Positions 41,027 to 44,044 of a stretch of DNA of 44,044 bases are shown in pieces. Source of the stretch: Silvanigrellaceae bacterium (GTDB lineage Bacteria; Bdellovibrionota_B; Oligoflexia; Silvanigrellales; Silvanigrellaceae). The stretch's first letter is position 1. Each line of letters opens with the position of its first letter. The DNA is taken from positions 1 through 44,044 of the forward strand of contig JBMSQQ010000019.1 of NCBI GenBank assembly GCA_049423385.1. The letters run 5' to 3'. Position numbers and translations under genes: made by a program. The notes below the pieces were generated by a model. The model had not been told where the DNA came from. It did no database searches and saw nothing but the letters and a program-made list of their open reading frames with translations.

Positions 41027-41715
41027 TGGAAGACACCATGAAATTTTTCTTCTTTGACCTTGATGGTACTCTCGAAGACAGCCGAAAAGACATGGTTTCG
41101 GCGGCACAACACGTTCGAGCAGGGCTCGGGCTTCCGGCAAGACCTTTCAACGAGCTTGTGCCTCATGTCAATCGAGGCATGCGTGAACTTTATTTGAACT
41201 GCTTCGATGATTTGATTTCTCCTGCCGGAAAAGCAGCGAACGAGGCTGAACTTGAGCGTGTTCAGAAGTTGTACGAACAACGATATGGCGATTTCATTGC
41301 AGTGGATACTCGGTTGTATGCGGGTATTCGCGCAGCACTCGAAGATGCAAAAACCCTGGGTCGGGTGGCAGTGATCACCAACAAGCCGGAAAAGCTTTCG
41401 ATCAAGCTTTTACGATCTCTTGAAATACTGCCGCTCGTCGACCTTGTGGTGGGTGGAGACACCTGTCAGGAAGCCAAACCAAGCGCAGTGCCCCTGCAAT
41501 TTGCCTTCGAGAAGCTTGGCGGAACGAGGGAAAAAGATCAGGTGTTCATGATCGGCGACAGCCAAGGCGACTCAACCGCCGGTGCCCTGTTCGGGGCCAC
41601 CACGGTTTGGTGTGCCTGGGGTTACCAGTCGTTGCCACCCACTCAACCGCCACCTCAATTGGTCGCCTCAACCACACAGGATCTTTACTCTATTTTTAGA
41701 ACTGCAAAGTTGTGA
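41023..41715 (+). CDS. HAD-superfamily hydrolase (phosphoglycolate phosphatase-like)
   Basis: FDLDGTLEDS, ITNKP, KP, MIGDSQGD, WGY; ATGA overlap with the cupin gene. Confidence 0.9.
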   Translation: MMEDTMKFFFFDLDGTLEDSRKDMVSAAQHVRAGLGLPARPFNELVPHVNRGMRELYLNCFDDLISPAGKAANEAELERVQKLYEQRYGDFIAVDTRLYAGIRAALEDAKTLGRVAVITNKPEKLSIKLLRSLEILPLVDLVVGGDTCQEAKPSAVPLQFAFEKLGGTREKDQVFMIGDSQGDSTAGALFGATTVWCAWGYQSLPPTQPPPQLVASTTQDLYSIFRTAKL

Positions 41716-41791
41716 ATTTTGCCTTGCGCAAGCAAATGAATTGGGGCATCCCTCCGGCCTCAATCACACGAACACAAAGGAAGTGTGGCCT

Positions 41792-42268
41792 GTGTCACGA
41801 CTCACAAACACCCAACGAGAAGACGCCTGGATTTACGATCTTCGACTTCTGAACGGCAAGATTCGCGGGCTGCGTGGAGTTCCATCGGTGCGCACCCGGA
41901 CGGTCTCCACAGAAGATTGTCGTGGCTGGTGTTACCGCTCGCCTTCGGGCTTGAAGGTTGCACAAGAGTTGCGAGCGAGCCTGCGGGATTTCTACAAGGT
42001 ACTTGATACCGATCCAGCGGCACCCAGTCTTATCAAAGCCAGCGCAAAGCTCTGGCTGCGCCTGATGACCATTCGACCCTTCATGGACGGAAATCGCCGC
42101 ACAGCCCGTGCTTTTCTCGCCCGCTGTTTTACACAACAGGGTCTCTCCGTGAAAAGCTTTCAGGCCTTGAAAAAATTCCCAACCACAGGCCGCTTGGAAG
42201 AAGATCTGGCTTCATGTCAGCTGGCACTCGGCAATTGCCTGACAGCCGGACAATCCGCACAACACTGA
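41792..42268 (+). CDS. Small Fic/Doc-family protein with non-canonical motif
   Basis: IRPFMDGNRRTAR resembles HPFxDGNGRxxR; GTG start after AAAGGA. Confidence 0.7.
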   Translation: MSRLTNTQREDAWIYDLRLLNGKIRGLRGVPSVRTRTVSTEDCRGWCYRSPSGLKVAQELRASLRDFYKVLDTDPAAPSLIKASAKLWLRLMTIRPFMDGNRRTARAFLARCFTQQGLSVKSFQALKKFPTTGRLEEDLASCQLALGNCLTAGQSAQH

Positions 42269-42397
42269 AGCTCTATCCGCTGTTGCATAATTCCCTTAAG
42301 AAAATAGTTCACTCTGGTTGGCAGCGATCTCCTCGTGCCATTTTTGCTTCTGCAGGCGCATCCCGGTGCCTGTGAACCATTCATGGAGGAGATTGAG

Positions 42398-43009
42398 ATG
42401 AATATTTTTGGACACAGTTTACCTCGATGGTGCACCTCACTGATGTCTTTCTCGGCATTGTGCTTTACCTCTATTCAGACGGTAAACGCCGATCAGCTCT
42501 ATTGGCGGAGATACTCTCCTGGCCTGATTGGACCGGGACCAGTTTTTGTGAGTCCGGTCGGAAACATCTGGAATGGTGGATGGTGGATGTCGGTGGACTT
42601 GGGTCGATCGCCACTCAGCATTTGCAGGATTTCCGATGGTCCACGCTGGGCTTACGGAAATTATTTCAATGGGGTCTGCGCCTATTATTCACCCACGCTC
42701 AGCAGAGGCCACGATGTTTCGGTTGGCTTCGACCTCCTCGGTGGAACACGGTTTCCGAACTGGCGAACCGCATCACGCATCGATCTCATGACGGACGACA
42801 CGGGGGTTGTTATTGACCTCTCTCTCGGCGACCCTACCATATCGCAGCAACAGACTGTTCAATCAGAGGAACTGCAACTGCTTTGCAGAATCCAACAAGC
42901 AGATGGTGCGTTTATCGGAACGCTGATCGAAGGCGGATGTTATGCAGCCTGGAATGGACAAACGATGATTTCTGCGGACTACGAAATTATCGAATCACAA
43001 AGTCACTGA
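42398..43009 (+). CDS. Secreted protein with two DM9/DUF3421-like repeats
   Basis: Signal peptide ending VNA; repeats LSICR..G..YG....C and LLCR...G..IGTL...C..WNG.....YEII; GGAGGA RBS. Confidence 0.65.
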   Translation: MNIFGHSLPRWCTSLMSFSALCFTSIQTVNADQLYWRRYSPGLIGPGPVFVSPVGNIWNGGWWMSVDLGRSPLSICRISDGPRWAYGNYFNGVCAYYSPTLSRGHDVSVGFDLLGGTRFPNWRTASRIDLMTDDTGVVIDLSLGDPTISQQQTVQSEELQLLCRIQQADGAFIGTLIEGGCYAAWNGQTMISADYEIIESQSH

Positions 43010-43181
43010 CGAATTATCAGCAATCGTTTCAATTTATCTCAACAGCTCGGCGGGGTGGGGGTCTTATTGACACCTCTCCCTGTCGAGAGATCAAGCGCGA
43101 GTGCTAATCTCTAAACACTGTCGTGTCGCAGTCCAAACACTGCAGACAATCGATGCGCCTGTTCATCGGGAGAAGTGTCGC

Positions 43182-43934
43182 ATGGCCGCGCCAAAATTAT
43201 CCGAACGCCGAGTCTCGCAGCGTTACACTCTGAATCAAGAGTCGACCTGCGGTCACGCTGTCTTTGAAAAATCCATTGTGTTGCCAATGCTGGACATCAG
43301 TTATGGCGGGTTTTCGGTCGCCATCGACAAGCCCGAAAATGCAAACATCTGCGAGACTTTGCCGAGGACCTCGGAAGTTGATCTTATTATGTTGGGTGTT
43401 GGAACAACGGGACGAGCCATCCGGGTTTTTGAAAGCAAGCAGCGCCTTGGTTACGCTTTCTGTCACGATACAGCCAGCGTGCTGATTTTCCTGCGACGTT
43501 TCATTGAATTCATGCGCATGGGCGAGCACCTCACCGTTCTCGACAAATCGTTGCTCAAACCGCCTTACGACTCATCTGAGTGGTTTTGCTTCCGTGGTGA
43601 TGGTCCAACCGACGTGGTCCTGCACAAAAGCAAAGTGGAAGCCAATGCCATAGATGAAGCTGTCATCACCTATCGCGAAAAAGATTCTTATCGAACCGCT
43701 GAACTGCGTGGCGGTCGGCTTTATACGGGAATCTCATCCGAGAACTCTGCAACGGCAAGCCGAGCAAACCAGGATCCACAAGCCAATGAAGACATTCTCA
43801 GAAAGGCGGCGTGCGTTTTGATGGGATACTTGCAGGCTTGTGACCAAAGCCAACAAGCATACATCAATCACCTGTTGGATCACATGAGAAAACAGTTGTT
43901 GTCTTCGCCTCAGTCGAAAAGCAGATTGACTTGA
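43182..43934 (+). CDS. PilZ-domain protein
   Basis: ERRVSQRY (RxxxR) and DISYGG (DxSxxG) c-di-GMP-binding motifs, followed by an uncharacterised C-terminal region. Confidence 0.75.
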   Translation: MAAPKLSERRVSQRYTLNQESTCGHAVFEKSIVLPMLDISYGGFSVAIDKPENANICETLPRTSEVDLIMLGVGTTGRAIRVFESKQRLGYAFCHDTASVLIFLRRFIEFMRMGEHLTVLDKSLLKPPYDSSEWFCFRGDGPTDVVLHKSKVEANAIDEAVITYREKDSYRTAELRGGRLYTGISSENSATASRANQDPQANEDILRKAACVLMGYLQACDQSQQAYINHLLDHMRKQLLSSPQSKSRLT

Positions 43935-43959
43935 ATTCTTGAAGATAAATTTTGAGGTT

Positions 43960-44044
43960 TGGTGCGGACGGTGAGACTCGAACTCACATGCCTCTCGGCG
44001 CTGGCTTCTAAGACCAGTGCGTCTACCAATTTCGCCACGTCCGC
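43960..44044 (-). tRNA. tRNA-Leu (anticodon TAG)
   Basis: Reverse complement GCGGACGTGGCGAAATTGGTAGACGCACTGGTCTTAGAAGCCAGCGCCGAGAGGCATGTGAGTTCGAGTCTCACCGTCCGCACCA; long variable arm, CCA end. Confidence 0.96.

Noticed and set aside
43099..43107. GAGTGCTAA, a CIRCE right half-site
   Set aside because: No TTAGCACTC left half 9 nt upstream, and the downstream gene is not a chaperone

Overview
Bacterial chromosomal window, mostly core genome. Gene content (CarD/CdnL, split methylmalonyl-CoA mutase, DUF299 regulator, M14 amidase, PilZ protein, tRNA-Arg(UCG), LpxC) suggests a Gram-negative Bdellovibrionota/former-deltaproteobacterial organism; this is inference, not a database result. It holds about 36 CDSs, including partial uvrA, trmB, queG, htrA, mcm, groES/groEL, sucCD, kefF/kefC, ssb, lpxC, dnaJ, cysS, cobS, carD, tgt, ndk, tex, mtnP and gloB, plus two tRNAs (Arg-TCG, Leu-TAG). 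I saw no CRISPR array, transposase, integrase or phage gene. Four things deserve a second look. (1) Several intact, full-length enzyme homologues have lost key catalytic residues: a maltokinase-like protein, a Fic protein, a YyaL-like protein and an MlaF-type ATPase. (2) A ~150-nt foldable segment upstream of carD has a 6S-RNA-like layout. (3) A closely packed mtnP-gloB-cupin-HAD cluster could be a variant MTA-salvage or detoxification module. (4) groES and dnaJ share a promoter signature without CIRCE. A secreted protein with three Cys-pair repeats and a DM9-like protein are also noted. All functional novelty claims are hypotheses from manual reading.
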